64,000 nucleotides of DNA from the human T2T-CHM13v2.0 reference genome, Homo sapiens. The position numbers and the translations under genes are program-made. Under the pieces are notes generated by a model that worked only from the letters and a program-made list of their open reading frames with translations, ran no database searches and had not been told where the DNA came from. This document shows positions 1 to 13,715 of the stretch, in pieces. Where the stretch lies: assembly GCF_009914755.1 (NCBI RefSeq), contig NC_060928.1; one strand, 5' to 3'. Within the stretch, counting starts at the first letter, position 1. Every line of letters starts with the position of its first letter.

Positions 1-2
1 AA

Positions 3-351
<349 letters not shown>

Positions 352-572
352 ACTTTTCTTCATTTTAAAATATTTCCCTAGGAACTCTATCATCCTTTAC
401 CAATAAACACTTTCTTGTTTAATGAAGCAGATAATTATTTTGTGTTTTCTCTATATTTAGATACCTCATAATATTACTTTATGCTTTAAAAATAAGCTAA
501 TTAATATTATCTTTTACATTCATCACTGTCAATACATTCATCTCATCTAATATCTATAAGAAATTTATGACG

Positions 573-640
573 TTTTTTTATTATACTTTAAGTTTTAGGG
601 TACAAAACTAAAAATAAAAATAAAAATAAAAGATTAAAAA
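573..640. mobile_element. Ultra-short L1PA insertion: inverted 32-nt L1 3' terminus plus A-rich tail
   Basis: 573-604 reverse complement = TGTACCCTAAAACTTAAAGTATAATAAAAAAA (young L1 3' end); 605-640 A-rich tail; flanking repeat aagaaatttatga(c/t)g at 558-572 and 641-655. Confidence 0.9.
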
Positions 641-1579
641 AAGAAATTTATGATGATTGTCTTTCAGTTTAATCTGAGAATGGCTCTACATTTGGAGTCG
701 ATATTAATGACTGCATAGGTTAAGCAATGACCACATTGCATACTCTACTTGAGTTACTAAACATACAGTTAATTTACATTTCTTCTACCTGTTTTCTAAA
801 AGCAATTGTCACTCACCATATATTAATTATAATACAGTAATTACCTGTGTCTTTATATCAAACTCAACTTTATTTTCCTACAAATGAGTAATTTTACTTT
901 AATTATGTTGCCATACTTTTTCTCATTCGTTTGTTTAATCATGCAGATTTAAGACACCATCTAACAACAAATATTAATTATATTTGTTCAATAACTGTTG
1001 TAATTTATTCAGGTAAGGTAAGAGGTTTGTAAGATTACCACACAAGTCAAATTTTTTTCCTGCCCCCTTTTATTTCACACTTGGACTTTTCCATTTGACA
1101 AGCAAGTATTAGGTTTGTACAATGTATAGGACTCGTATAGAGCATTATGAGAAACGCAACTTACCATGCTTTGAGTATTATCTAGACGGCCTTCCCTTGT
1201 TCAGACGATGAATTTATCTCTAATTTAAGTATTTATTTAATTTTTCAAGTTAAAACAGCTTTAGTAATACGTGTTAAATCAGATACTTGTGATATGTAGC
1301 ACTCAGTTGTTGTTTTTTAACTAAAATACCATGTGATCAGAATCCCTGGATCCAAATACATGTCAATTGATAAAAACTATGTTTTATCTTAGTCTGAGCT
1401 CATTTATATTGGTTATATGCTCTGTCTTTCATATTTTGTTTATACTTAAAATGTAAGCCCTACAAATCCTGTTGAAAAAGGGCTATCTATATATTCAAAA
1501 TGAATAAAGAATATGCTATTATTACTTTTCATTTCTTTTGGGCTATTGGGAAAGACTGCACAGTATTTGTTAATATCAC

Positions 1580-1695
1580 AGGTTTTGGAGTTAGAAAATC
1601 TTAGATTTAAATCCAATTTCAATCATGCTATGACCTGTCTACCTTAAATAGCATTATTAACTTTTCTGAGCCCTAATTTGCCTCTATATGTAACA
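1580..1695 (+). mobile_element. MIR fragment
   Basis: ttttggagttagaaaatcttagatttaaatcc ... ttaacttttctgagccctaatttgcctctatatgtaa resembles MIR core. Confidence 0.6.
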
Positions 1696-2339
1696 CACAG
1701 GACTGAATGGTCAAGGCAAACTCACAGAAATCATGTGTTTTACCCAAGGCACTAAGGTTCAAAAGATACAGGCAAGACACAGGCACAGAGGAACATGCCT
1801 TCCTGGGGAAGACTGAATCTCTGAAGCTCAAATTTCTAATTGACTCCTTTGTCCTGCATACCAGTTTTTTCCTGTCTGATATAGAGGAAGGCACCACAGG
1901 TCTGCTTTCCTATCTTCTTTTATGAACCTGTATCTCTGCCACTTTTATAGTTAGGCTTTCTAGAACAACGTATGCATGTGCTGCCACAAAGTTGCACTTT
2001 AATTTCACTGTTCAGTTCCCTACCATATAATTTTTTACCCATCTATCACCCTCAGATTGTTTTTGCTGTGTTCACCATTGAGCTCCAGCTTCACAAACAC
2101 AGTATCATTTAGAACTCGCTTCCCCCACACCCCCCAAGAACTTTCTGAATCATTAAAGATGCTGACTCCTGCCTCTGCCATACATTCATATTTTCTTCAT
2201 TTCAATGACATTGCACTTTCCTTATATTCTTTCCATACTTTTGCTTTTTTCCTTTTCTGTCTCATTTCACTCCTTCCTGGTAAATTGATGTCTAATTTTT
2301 AATGTATATTAAGTTTCAACCAGGTTTTTTCTTAACTTC

Positions 2340-3110
2340 CCATTCTACATTCTCTGTGTAAATATTCTTTCCTACAGCTTTAAATACCATGCCCCAAATT
2401 CTCAAATTCTATTTGACTACAACCTCTCCTATGAATTTCAAGCTTATAGGTCAAAATATGCTCAAAACTGAAATTCAGGATAATTGCATGGATCAGAGCA
2501 GTGAGGCTCATTCTTGATATTTAATTCTTTAGTTAAGCCTATACACAATCAATCAGCCATGTGTCCATTCTACCTCCAAATCTGCTTATTTCCGTCTGAC
2601 CCAACTACCCCTAACCCAGCAAATTATTCTTTCACCTTCAAGGATTACTGTCAAAGTCTTCTCCTGCAGTAGGAAGATTAAATTTAATAAATTGCAAATC
2701 ATATCTCCAACACTCCTCTTTACTTAAACTTATATAAAATCCAAACTCCTTACTTTGTCAAACCACGTATTAATTATTTCGTTCTCACTCAACTCTTCAT
2801 CTTTTTCCACACAGTAATGACACTCTACTTGCTCTGCTCTTGCTGCTTTTGCTTCGTCCAAATCAACAAGCTCTTTTTTTGCTATCTGCCTCACAGTTAT
2901 CTCTTATCCATCTGTCAAGCCTCAATAAAAATTTCACTTCCCCAGAGAAAATGTCCCTAAATCTTCAATCTTAATTAATTATTTTCTGTAATTTCATTCC
3001 TTGACATTATAACTTTCCTTCACAGTGTTTATCCCATTTTGAGTTTATGCATCCATTTCATTTATGTAGTGCTAATCACCTACTAGATAGTAGGCTTCCT
3101 AGGCCTTAGA
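2340..3110 (+). mobile_element. L2 3' fragments (degenerate)
   Basis: gctttaaataccat...aaattctattt...acctctcctatgaatttcaag and later C/T-rich L2-like blocks. Confidence 0.5.
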
Positions 3111-3354
3111 GGGTCAGTAATCATGTTTTTTTTTTTTCTGTCTTCAAATTCTGCTGCATGTATAATCCTCAGTCTCTGATCTTAGAAATGGATAAAATAA
3201 GACTTGATTTGCTGCATAGTTAAAAGTAAGTACAATGATTTATTTGATTCTTTAGTGAGGCTGAAACATCACAAGCCTTTATTAAATTGTGTTTATTAAT
3301 TGTGTTTATTAATGAGAAATAGACTTACTTTTTTTAAGAATAGAGGCAATTATT

Positions 3355-3935
3355 TTATGGTTTCAAGCCAGTGTGCCAGCTCTCAAAGCCCAGCTTTGCT
3401 AATTTTAGCTGTGCATTTGTAGGAAAATTACTTTGTATCTTTTTGCCTCAGTTGTCTCACTTTTACAATGGGGATAACAACATCTGATGGGTTATAATAT
3501 AAACAAAATGGGTCTCATGCCTGTAATCCCAGCACTTTGGGAGGCCGAGGAAGGTGGACCACCTGGGGTCAGGAGTTCGAGACCAGCCTGACCAACATGG
3601 TGAAACCCTGTCTCTACTAAAAAATACAAAAAATTAGCTGGGTGTGGTGGCAGGCGCTTGTAATCCCAGCTACTAGGGAGGTTGAGGCACGAGAATCGCT
3701 TGAACCTCGGGAGGTTGAGGCACGAGAATCGCTTGAGGCACGAGAATCACTGCCTGGGAGGCAGAGGTTGCAGTGAGCAAGACTACACCATTGCATTCCA
3801 GCCTGGGTGACAGAGTGAGACGCCATCTCAAAAAAAAAAAAAAAAAAAGGACAAAATGAGTTAATGTATTCTAAGCACATAGTACAGTATGCAATACATA
3901 CACACTGAGCATTCAATGAACATTGACTTTTGCTA
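3355..3935 (+). mobile_element. MIR split by an Alu insertion
   Basis: ctttttgcctcagttgtctcacttttacaatgggataaca before the Alu; aaatgagttaatgtattctaagcacatagtacagt after it. Confidence 0.75.
3511..3848 (+). mobile_element. Alu (AluS-like), slightly 5'-truncated, with internal tandem duplications
   Basis: ctcatgcctgtaatcccagcactttgggaggccgagg ... poly(A); acaaaatg on both flanks. Confidence 0.97.
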
Positions 3936-5099
3936 TCATTAGGAATTATTTTTACCTATTTTAACAAATATCTAGAGGTTTTTCTTCTAAAGATATCATC
4001 TGTTCTATATTGTCTTCTGAAAACTTTCCATTTACTGTTCACATTTTTACTATAGTTTCTCTTCTTTTATTCTATATTAAAAAGTTTTTCCAGTCATGAA
4101 AATGATTTAGATTTCCTTTTTCCTCTACAGCCTTCTCAACTTTTTTGCTAACACTTTTTGCAGTGAGATTCCAAAAATGAATTATGATTTCATTTTATTC
4201 TCTTTCAGAATGTCATTGTTTGGCTCAGTAAAATGTCTCTGGTCCTTCTTACAGCACTTTGAAATCTCTATACTTAAATCTTTTACTGTTCCGAGACCTT
4301 ATTCATGTCAGCTCATTTTAAAATCTCCCTTCTAGTCTGAAAATATCTCACAAAATTATAACCCAAGGTTCTAAACTTGCATTAATCTGCTGGCTTTGAA
4401 CTGTCTACATTTCTAGCTCAAGTTCATCCCACGCACAGTCCCGAATGCCACAAGACGTCCATCCTGACAGGTACCTTTTTTTCCCCTCTGCCACTCCTTA
4501 TACTTCCAGGCTTCACCCTATGCTGAAAATGGCATCTTAATCAGCATCTACTAAGTACATTCTTTCAAATCTTCTTCTTACGCCCACCTTTTCTGTTAAG
4601 TCTAGAATACTGAAATTAACTTCCTTCCTCAAATTATTGGCCCACTGCTGTTTTTGTAGCTATAGTTAACCTTCAAATCCACATAATAGGAATGTATTCA
4701 AATGGAAATTAGATTTTTAATTGACACAAACATCTTTAATAATTATTTAAAAACCAAATTTTGAGAATGTGTCTGACATTTTCTAAGAAACAAAAGATTA
4801 TTTCAAGAATAAATAATTCAATGGGTATGAAGGAGATATCTGTATTGCATATAGTATCTGTAGACTATATAAATCCACTTATTTCTAAAGAGCATTAAGG
4901 GCAGGGCCTTGCTTTTTAAGTGGTTGTAAAGATCTTATATTATCTGTTTTTTGTGCCATGGTGACAAAAAAAAACTGAATAACTCTACAAATTAAGATAC
5001 TATTACTATGACTTACTATTATAGCATCGATCCTTTGAGTGTTTACTTAAATATTGAGCATTGTGTGCCTGGCAATTTACTAATTTACAAATGTGCTTC

Positions 5100-5728
5100 C
5101 ATTACCAGAAAGGAGTCATCATTTAGACCCCAAGAGAGGTTTCTTGTATCTCACTTAAGTATTTGAGGTGAATCCATAGAGTAAAGTGAGAGCACGTTTA
5201 TTAAGAAAGTAAAGCAATAAAGAATGGCTACTCCACAGGCAGAGCAGAGACATGGGCTGCTCGACTAACAATATTTATAGTTATTTTTTGACTATATGCT
5301 AAACAAGGGGTGGATTATTCATGAGTTTTCAGGGAAAGGGGTGGGCAATTTCCTGGAACTGAGAGTTTGTCTCCATTTTAGACCATATAGGGTAATTTTT
5401 GAGGTTGTCATGGCATTTGTAAACTGTCATAGCATGGGGGAGAGTGTCTTTCAGCATGCTAATGCATTATAATTATCATATAATAAGCAACAAAGACCAC
5501 CAGAGGTCACTTTCACTGCCATCTTGGTTTTGATGCGTTTTCTCTGGCTTCTTTGCCGCAACTTGTTTTCTCAGCAAAGTCTTCGTGACCTGTATTTTGT
5601 GCCAACCTCCTATCTCATCTTGTGACTTAGAATGACCAACCTCCTGGGAATGAAGCCCAGTAGGTCTCCCCTTATTTTACCCAGCCCCTACCCAAGATGG
5701 GGTCACTCTGGTTTAAATGCTTCTGACA
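5100..5728 (-). mobile_element. MER41B-like ERV1 solo LTR
   Basis: Minus strand starts TGTCAGAAGCATTTAAACCAGAGTGACCCCATCTTG..GGGCTGGGTAAAATAAGG, as in MER41; 4-bp TSD CTTC at 5096-5099 and 5729-5732. Confidence 0.9.
5328..5358. promoter_or_regulatory. Tandem GAS (STAT1) motifs in MER41B
   Basis: TTCAGGGAA (5328-5336) and TTCCTGGAA (5350-5358), both TTCN3GAA; function not shown. Confidence 0.6.
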
Positions 5729-5884
5729 CTTCCACTTAATTTCACAATACCAAAACTATTATAAATTTATTATTGCTATATTATAAATTTAAAAACTACA
5801 TATTAGAGTTGTTAATTAGTGCAATTTATAAATAAATACGTGAAACCGTTTATGAAAGGATTTTTTTTTTGCCGTTAAACTTCC

Positions 5885-6395
5885 GGTAGGCAGAATAATG
5901 GTCTCCAGAAGAAGTCCATATTTCAGTCTCCAAAACCTGTAAATATATTGCACTATCTAGCAAAGAGGAAACATGGTAACAGACGGAATTGGGTTTTTAA
6001 ATAATCTCATCTTAAAATAAAGACATTATCCCAGATTATTCAGGAATCTTCAAATGTGGAAAAGGGAAACAAAAGGAACTATCAGTGTAATTTGATGTGA
6101 GAAAAGCTCTACTGGCAACCGATGGTTTTTGAAGGTAAATTGGGCCACCAGCCAAGAATTCCAGCAGCCTCTGTAAACTAGAAAAGACAAGGGAATGGCT
6201 TCTTCCCTAGGGCCTCCAGGAGAAACCATTCTAGAGGTCAAAAATTCTTAAATCAAGTTATCAGTCCCTGAGTAGCAGGGGGCTGATAACTTCATTTAAG
6301 AATTTCTGACCTCTAGAACTGTGAGATAATAAATTTGTAGTGTTTAAAGCCACCAATTTTGTGGTAATTGTGTTACAAAGCAATAGAAAAGTAAC
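5885..6395 (+). mobile_element. MLT1 (MLT1D-like) MaLR solo LTR
   Basis: ggtaggcagaataatggtctcc ... ttctgacctctagaactgtgagataataaatttgtagtgtttaaagccacc...gcaatagaaaagtaaca. Confidence 0.85.
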
Positions 6396-6961
6396 AAAGG
6401 TCTTAAATTATTTGTATTTTGGTTATCAAAACATTTTAAAACTGCAAGCACTTGAGAAATGATCAGATCCAGTGGGCTCATTAATCAGATGAGAAAAATA
6501 AAGAATAAAGATACTAAATTAATTGCCATCAACTTTTTCTGAATGCTCCTATTGGCTTTCAATTGACATATAAACAAAACATCAGAAGACTGCTTTTGTT
6601 CTTTCTATACCTGCCTTCGCAGACTGCTAGAACTATTAGAATAGTCTGTTTCTTCTGATCTAGGATTTGTTGCACTTTGATCTACAGTATCTCTTTGCAT
6701 TCCCAAAATACTTCAGAGGGACTTATTAATATATTATGAAGGCAATAAATATTGTGAGAAAATATTTCTTCATTTAAATGTCCTAAATAGATTAATAAAT
6801 TTTATGTAATACACAAATAAAAACAATATTATTTTAGGGTTTCATTTGCTTGTTCTTCTACAGTCACTTTCTTAATAGTCTAGTGAAAAAGATTCTGTTT
6901 TGCTTTGTGAGGACGTTATTGGCAAAATTAAATGTTGGTAAACATCTTTTAAAATAATAAA

Positions 6962-7185
6962 CATAGCAATAGCTATCATTTATTAAGCATTTCCTGTGTG
7001 TTGGGTACTGCTTCATGTGTTTTATGTGTATTATCTAATCTTATTTGAAAACATTTGCATGAGGTTGCATTATTACAATGCTTAATTTAAAGATGAAGAA
7101 ATAAAGGCACCTAATATAATGGTTAGATAACTTGTCAAATGTCACACGCATGGAAACAGCGTTACCAGAATTTAAACATAGGCTA
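6962..7185 (-). mobile_element. MIR
   Basis: atagctatcatttattaagcattt...taaagatgaagaaataaaggc...gataacttgtcaaatgtcacac. Confidence 0.75.
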
Positions 7186-7198
7186 TCCCTAACCAAAG

Positions 7199-7242
7199 CG
7201 TGTGTGCGCACGTGTGTGGTGTGTGTGTGTGTGTGTGTGTGT
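7199..7242. repeat. (TG)n microsatellite
   Basis: interrupted GT dinucleotide run. Confidence 0.95.
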
Positions 7243-7707
7243 GCACTTGCTGGTTGGTTTGGTGCATTTGATTTGTTTTTAAGTAAGAATATGGAAATAC
7301 TAATTTCAATTATCACACAAAACACAAAACTGAATCTAAATGTGTAAATGGGAGGCATGATAGTAACATTGACTTTATTTTATTGAACGTCAATAATTTG
7401 CATATAAAACTTTTCCAAGTACACTGTATTTTAATGAATTCAGAGCTCAGAGCATACACAAATAGTATTTGTTGGAAAATTTTAAATGACTAATTTAAAT
7501 GTTCTTATGAATAGGCCATTGGAAAGGCTTTTAAATATAAGTAATATTGCAATGTATCCAGCATATGGCTTGTTTCTCACATCATGCTATGTTAAATGGT
7601 AACAGTTTTCTTTATATTTCTTTGTTTTAAAATAATGTATGAATTTTTATAAAACATTACAAATTGTCATATGAATAGAAAGGATTGGCAGGAAAACAAC
7701 AATTTAA

Positions 7708-8053
<346 letters not shown>

Positions 8054-10259
8054 GAAAACTAGACTTTTAATCACAAGATATCAAAGCTGCTAGTGTACCT
8101 TCTCAATTAACAGTCCTCGAAGAGTGTGATGACTGGCATCAGCAAGTGGGGCAGATAGTTTGCTTTCCTAGGGGGAGTTCATGTCAGTGGAAAAGGAAGG
8201 AGCAGTTCACTTCTTCAGTGAATGGCAGGTAGAATAGAGCCTCTTATGTTCCTGAGTCTCATGACCTGATGACTCTTTTCTTGGAATTAATGGGTTCTGA
8301 TCTGAGCTCTTCCATGTGGTAGGTATTTATCGGCACTCAGCTCAAATTCATAGAATGAAAATAGTAACTTCTAAGCCATGTAATAGAATACTGGTTTTAT
8401 TAACCAAAAGTGGGGTTTGGTGGTGATGGGGATCTTGTTTTAGGGCACCAAAGTAAAGTGATGAACCACTTAGGAGGCACTCTTTCAATTGAGTAGCAAT
8501 TTCTGGGCATTTTTTCTCCCCTGAAAAAAAGCTGTGTAGCAGCTTGGGGTGGACAAAGGCTGTCTCTCAAGAAGAGAGTAGGAACATAGCAGATTGTGGC
8601 AAGGCTATGCCAGATAAAACATGGTAATATGGTGCTATTCCTTCCTTCACAGTTTATCCGAGATCCAAACATTTTGGTGGGGTTGAGAATCAAAACATTT
8701 TGTTTTAATTCTTAGATACTGGCCAAAAATCTTATTGTAATTTGGAATTTCTTTTGATAAATACATAAAATTCCCAAAGTTTATATATTATGTTAAATCT
8801 CATAAAAGCATATAATCTACTTTTTGTACATTTTATATTACTTTCTCTCTTTACTTTCATGATGATTTCAAGGTACCCACATATACATAACTTTTTGCCT
8901 TTGAAACTTGCTTTTAAACATCAAATCATCAGCTCTAATGGTGGAAGCCCTTACATATATATATGAGAGCTTATTATTACATATATATTACACATATAGT
9001 TCTTATACATATTAACTCTTATGTAGAAATCCCTAAAGCTAAATGATTTCTAGCAAAAATTAGATGATTTAAACCCAAAATGCATTATTTCCATAAATAT
9101 TGGGAAGGTTCTCTTTCCCAATGAGTCTTGTTTCTGTTTAAATAAGAATATTGCAAGAAACCACAACTCGAGCAGGACTTTTATATTGCCTGATGCCAGC
9201 ACTAGACCAGAGGGATACCAGTGGTAGCTGTAGAGATTATTTCATTATGATGAAGGAAGTCCCTCAAAAACAACAGTGCATTTTGATGTGTTTACTGTAA
9301 CCCTCATTTCAATTTTTCCCTTTTTAAGTTCTTTTTTCTTTTTTTAAACTCTATTATTAAAATCTTAGCATAATGAGCAGATAGAGAATTAAGTACAGAG
9401 AAGAAACTGCCTCATGAAACATAGTCACAGACATTTTCTACACTTAAGTTTATTTTATGTGCTCTATTTGTGATTTTGCCACATTTGATGTATATTTTTC
9501 AAGCTAATCTTGATTAAGTATTCATGGCACTAGTTTCAAGCAGGTGTCAGAAATCCTGGTTTGAACATTTCTGGTGCACAGAGGACTGTGCTGACATTTT
9601 CTGTTCACCCTCCATGGACAGTAATTTTTTTTACCATAAATTATTTATGCTTCCTAAAGCACAGTTTAGTCACAGAGAGTCAAAATGACAGTCCTTACTG
9701 TGGTTAGAGCATTGTGGAGAAGAAAGACATAAATCTGATCATAAATAAAAAGATATAAGAGAAAGTGCAATATACACATATGACCTGAAATAGGTTTTAA
9801 TATAGAAAAAGTGAGAAAGAAGCTGAAGGTACCACTGTTCATCCCTCTATACTGTAGATCTCCTATGCAGCATGCCACATGTTATCTGTGACTGACAAAA
9901 ATGCTGAACGCTTTCTCTCCTCATCACAAGAATTGTCCTGCACAAATTCTGGGGTTAACTATTCTACTGTGGACATAACTAATCTACTATATGATGGAAT
10001 TATTTTATAAGAATGTAATAAATAGTCAAAGAAATATGTATTAAGTAGATTACTAAAAAACACATATATATTTACCTTGATTATCTATTTAAATAACACA
10101 TAATAAGGGAGAGAAAAATAAATTAGAAAAAATAGTAATTTGCAAAGAAATTTGTGTGATTATCTAAAGTTATTTTTAGATTTAAAAGGAAAATATTAAA
10201 TACAATTATTGAAAAAAATACATAGACCTAGACATAGTTTTGTAATATTTTGCCGTCTC

Positions 10260-11170
10260 TGTAAAGAGCTACCACACAGGCCTATGATAATGAGAACAGT
10301 TCACTTCATGAAGGCAAAAAATTAAATAGGCATAATTTTATTTAATCTGATCACAGGATCAGGTTCACGTAAGATTGAGAGTAAAGTGTGGAGGCTTTGA
10401 GAGAAAAGAGTTATTATCATCCAATAACCTAACATAAGCACAATTAACATACATATGGGAAAGCAAAGAAAAGACCTGTGGAACATGCAAGAAATTCGGC
10501 AATATGTCATCCACGAATATCTTGTGGAAGTATTTAAGGAAAGCATTTAGCCAAAAGTAAAATAAAATAAAGGCAGAATGCAGATACTCAAAGTAAAATG
10601 AAAAAATAACCTTGAAATCAAATTTTGTAAATTTTCAACAAATTCATATGTTGGAGTAGTAGTATAAGGAAGACAGGTAGAGATTGGTAAATCAGGGAAC
10701 ATATGAGAATGTAAAATATGAAGGAAACTACTAGTAAATAGGGATTTGTAGCAGTGTATCCAATAAAAGATGTGAAACCATAACAGGTAAACATAAAAAA
10801 AGTAATTAGGCTCATGGACTATCAGAAAAAATAAAAAGTGTAAAAATAAGTAAAAAATGCAGTATAAAAAAGAAATCATAAACCAAACACATTAGTTAGC
10901 ATATTTAATAGAAACTGGTTAAATTATTTTACTAAAGAAGTGCTCTCACATTGAGTTCTAGCTATATTCCGTTGAGAAAGAACATATCTAAAGGAAGAGC
11001 ACAATGAAGAAAATAACAGAATATAGCATGTCAATCAAAGAAAACACTTCTGAAAATTATTAACATCAGATACATCTTAAGATCAAAAAAGCAAAAGGGA
11101 TTGTCTTATATTTTCAAAGACAAAAGAATAATATCCTCAAATAAGATATAATAGGAATGACTATTCACTT
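10260..11170 (+). mobile_element. Very old L1M remnant
   Basis: Strong A-rich strand bias and L1-like phrases (aaattattaacatcagatac); heavily decayed. Confidence 0.4.
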
Positions 11171-11189
11171 GGCAATTCTTAAAAATATA

Positions 11190-12127
11190 GTGATAGGGCA
11201 GGCTGAAGAATGTCCACATCTTTAACCCACAGAACCTGGAAATATGTTGCCTTACATGGCTAAAGGGATTTGGTAAATGTGATCAAGGATATTGAAGTGA
11301 GGAGATTATCATGGATTATCTAGGTGTAACCAATGTAATCATAAGGGACTTTATAAGAGGCAGGAGAAGGAGATGTGATGATGGAAGCAGAGTTGAGAGA
11401 AAGAAACAGAGACAGAGTAAGAGAGAGATTTTAAGATAATACACCGTTGTCTTTGAAGGTAGAGAGCACAAGTTAAGGAATAAAGAAAGCCTTTAGAAGC
11501 TGGAAAAGGTAGAAAAACAGATCCTCCCTGTCTTAGTTCATTTTCTTTTGCTTATAACATAATACCTGAAACTGAGTAATTTACTTAAGAATATTTATTT
11601 CTTACAGTTGTGGAAGCTGAGGAGTCCAAGTTTGAGGGGCCTCATCTGGTGGGAGCCTGTGCTCATAGGGACTCTGCAGAATCCCATGGCAGTACAGGAC
11701 ATCCCATGGCAAAGGAGCTGAGCATGCTAGCTTAGCTTTCTCTTCCTCTTCTTACAAAGCCATTAGCCTCATTCCCATGATAACCCATTAACTCATTAAC
11801 ACATTAATCTATTAATCCATGAATGGATTAATCCATTCAAGAGGGCAGAGCCCTTATAGACCAATCACCTCATGGAAGTTCCACTTCGTAATACTGCCAC
11901 ATTGTAGATGAAGTTTCAATATGAGTTTTGGGGGAAACAAACATGCAAACCATTTCACTCCCCTATAGCTGACAGAAAAGGATCAGCCTTGCTGACACCT
12001 TGATTTTAGCCTACTGAAATTGATTTTGTATGTCTGACATTCAGAATGTAAGAGAAGAAACAAAAGTATTGTTTAAGCCTTTAAATTTGTGATAACCTGT
12101 AATAGCAGCATCAGAAAACCAATGCAA
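11190..12127 (+). mobile_element. MLT1 (MLT1D-like) LTR interrupted by an MST LTR
   Basis: gagattatcatggattatctaggtg..aatgtaatcataaggg; resumes after insert at ctatagctgacagaaaagg..ccttgctgacaccttgattttagcc. Confidence 0.85.
11529..11957 (-). mobile_element. MST (MSTC/D-like) MaLR solo LTR
   Basis: tgtcttagttcattttcttttgcttataacataatacctgaaactg ... caaaccatttca; exact 5-bp TSD CTCCC (11524-11528, 11958-11962). Confidence 0.9.
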
Positions 12128-13360
12128 GTGACAAAACATATAATTTTTTTTGAAAAACCCATATTTGTAAAAGAAGACAGTACTAAAGCCATCTCAGAAA
12201 TCAATGGGTTAAATACCCAAAAGATAGAAAGGCTTTAGGGGAACTGAATCTTTAAAGTCAAGCTTGTCTTAATTATATATAAAAATGCAATATCAGGCAG
12301 TGTTTAAACATACACTTCATACACTACATGAATGTTTATGGAAATAATATATGAATAAGGCCATAAATATAATCTCAATTAATTAAAAATTAGAAAAAAA
12401 TATATATATATGTAGTTTTTAAAAATTCTTATACAAAAACAATAATATAAAAATATTATTTGCTGATTATAGAACTCTGCCCCAATTCACTCAATCGATA
12501 ATCTACTTTTCTCATTATATTGCTTTTAGACTGGAAAAAATTAAGGTTTCCAAGAAAAAAATAGAAGAATATTCCAACAATTCTAGGCAGATAAATTCTT
12601 TCATAAAGAGAGCATGGATTTAATACAGAATAAAGATTAAAAGGTTTGGTTCTACCGTATTTCCATATAATAAGAGAACCTTACACAATGGAAAAATGGC
12701 AAAGTATTTGCAATTTAAATAGGTAACAAGAGATTAACATCTCCAAGCTAAGACATGTTTCTAATAGCATGATAATTTTAATCTTCCCCCACTCCCTGGG
12801 AGAGTTTAAAATAATTTCATATGAAAATTTCTCATGAAAGAGAGCTGCTTATCAGTGGATAATTTTTTTATCTCAGAAGTTAGTTAACACAGGAGAAAAT
12901 TATATGGGAGTGTTGAAGAGCTGCTTCTAATTGTTGGACAGTTATTTTCTAAAGGGGTGATCCAAAAATCCTGGGCCCATTTGTCTTGGATAGATCCTTT
13001 CTACACTTAGTTTCCACATTTATAATTCAAGTGTATATCGTTTCTGTTAGCATTCTATTAAGTAGAACTCAGTTATATGGCCACGAGAAACTGAAAGGTC
13101 AGCCAGAAAATGAAGTTGACATAGCCAGGAAGAAGAAATAAGCTTGCTTGCACCTAGCCATCTCTGTCACAGGGGCTTCTGACAACATTTTTGAACTGTG
13201 GAATTCTGAACTCTTTTTTCTGTGGTAGCCTCCTTTATATTCCTGAATTTTAAGCAATTGTGTTAAGGATAACACTTCCTTTAATCAGAATATTTTGGCA
13301 CCAAGTTAAGCTTTTCTAAACTGTTACATTACTGGTTACAAATCTTGAAAATAAAAACAA

Positions 13361-13715
13361 GTGTTTTTGTTTTTTGTTTTCTGTTTTTGTGGTTTTTTTG
13401 TTTGTTTGGTTGGAGTTTTTTTTGTTTTTCTCGCTACAGGGTCTCACTCTGTTGCCCAGGCTGCAGGTCAGTGGTGCAAACACAGCTCAATGTAGCCTTT
13501 ATCTCCTGGGCTCAAGGAATCCTCCCACCTCAGCCTCCTGACTACCTGGGACTACAGGCAAGTGCCACCATTCCCAGCTATTTTTTTTTTTTCAATTTTG
13601 TAGAGATGGGGTCTTACCATGCTGTTCAGGCTGGTCTTGAATTCCTAGGCTCAAGGAATCCTCCTGCCTTGGTCTTCCAAAGTGCTGGGATTACAGGCAT
13701 GAGCCACCACACCTG
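13361..13715 (-). mobile_element. AluJ-like element with degenerate tail
   Basis: cagggtctcactctgttgcccagg, ctcctgggctcaag, tttgtagagatggggtctt (AluJ diagnostics). Confidence 0.93.

Noticed and set aside
11808-11838. Palindromic ttaatccatgaatggattaatccattca
   Set aside because: Lies inside the MST LTR and, as I recall, is a consensus feature of that family.
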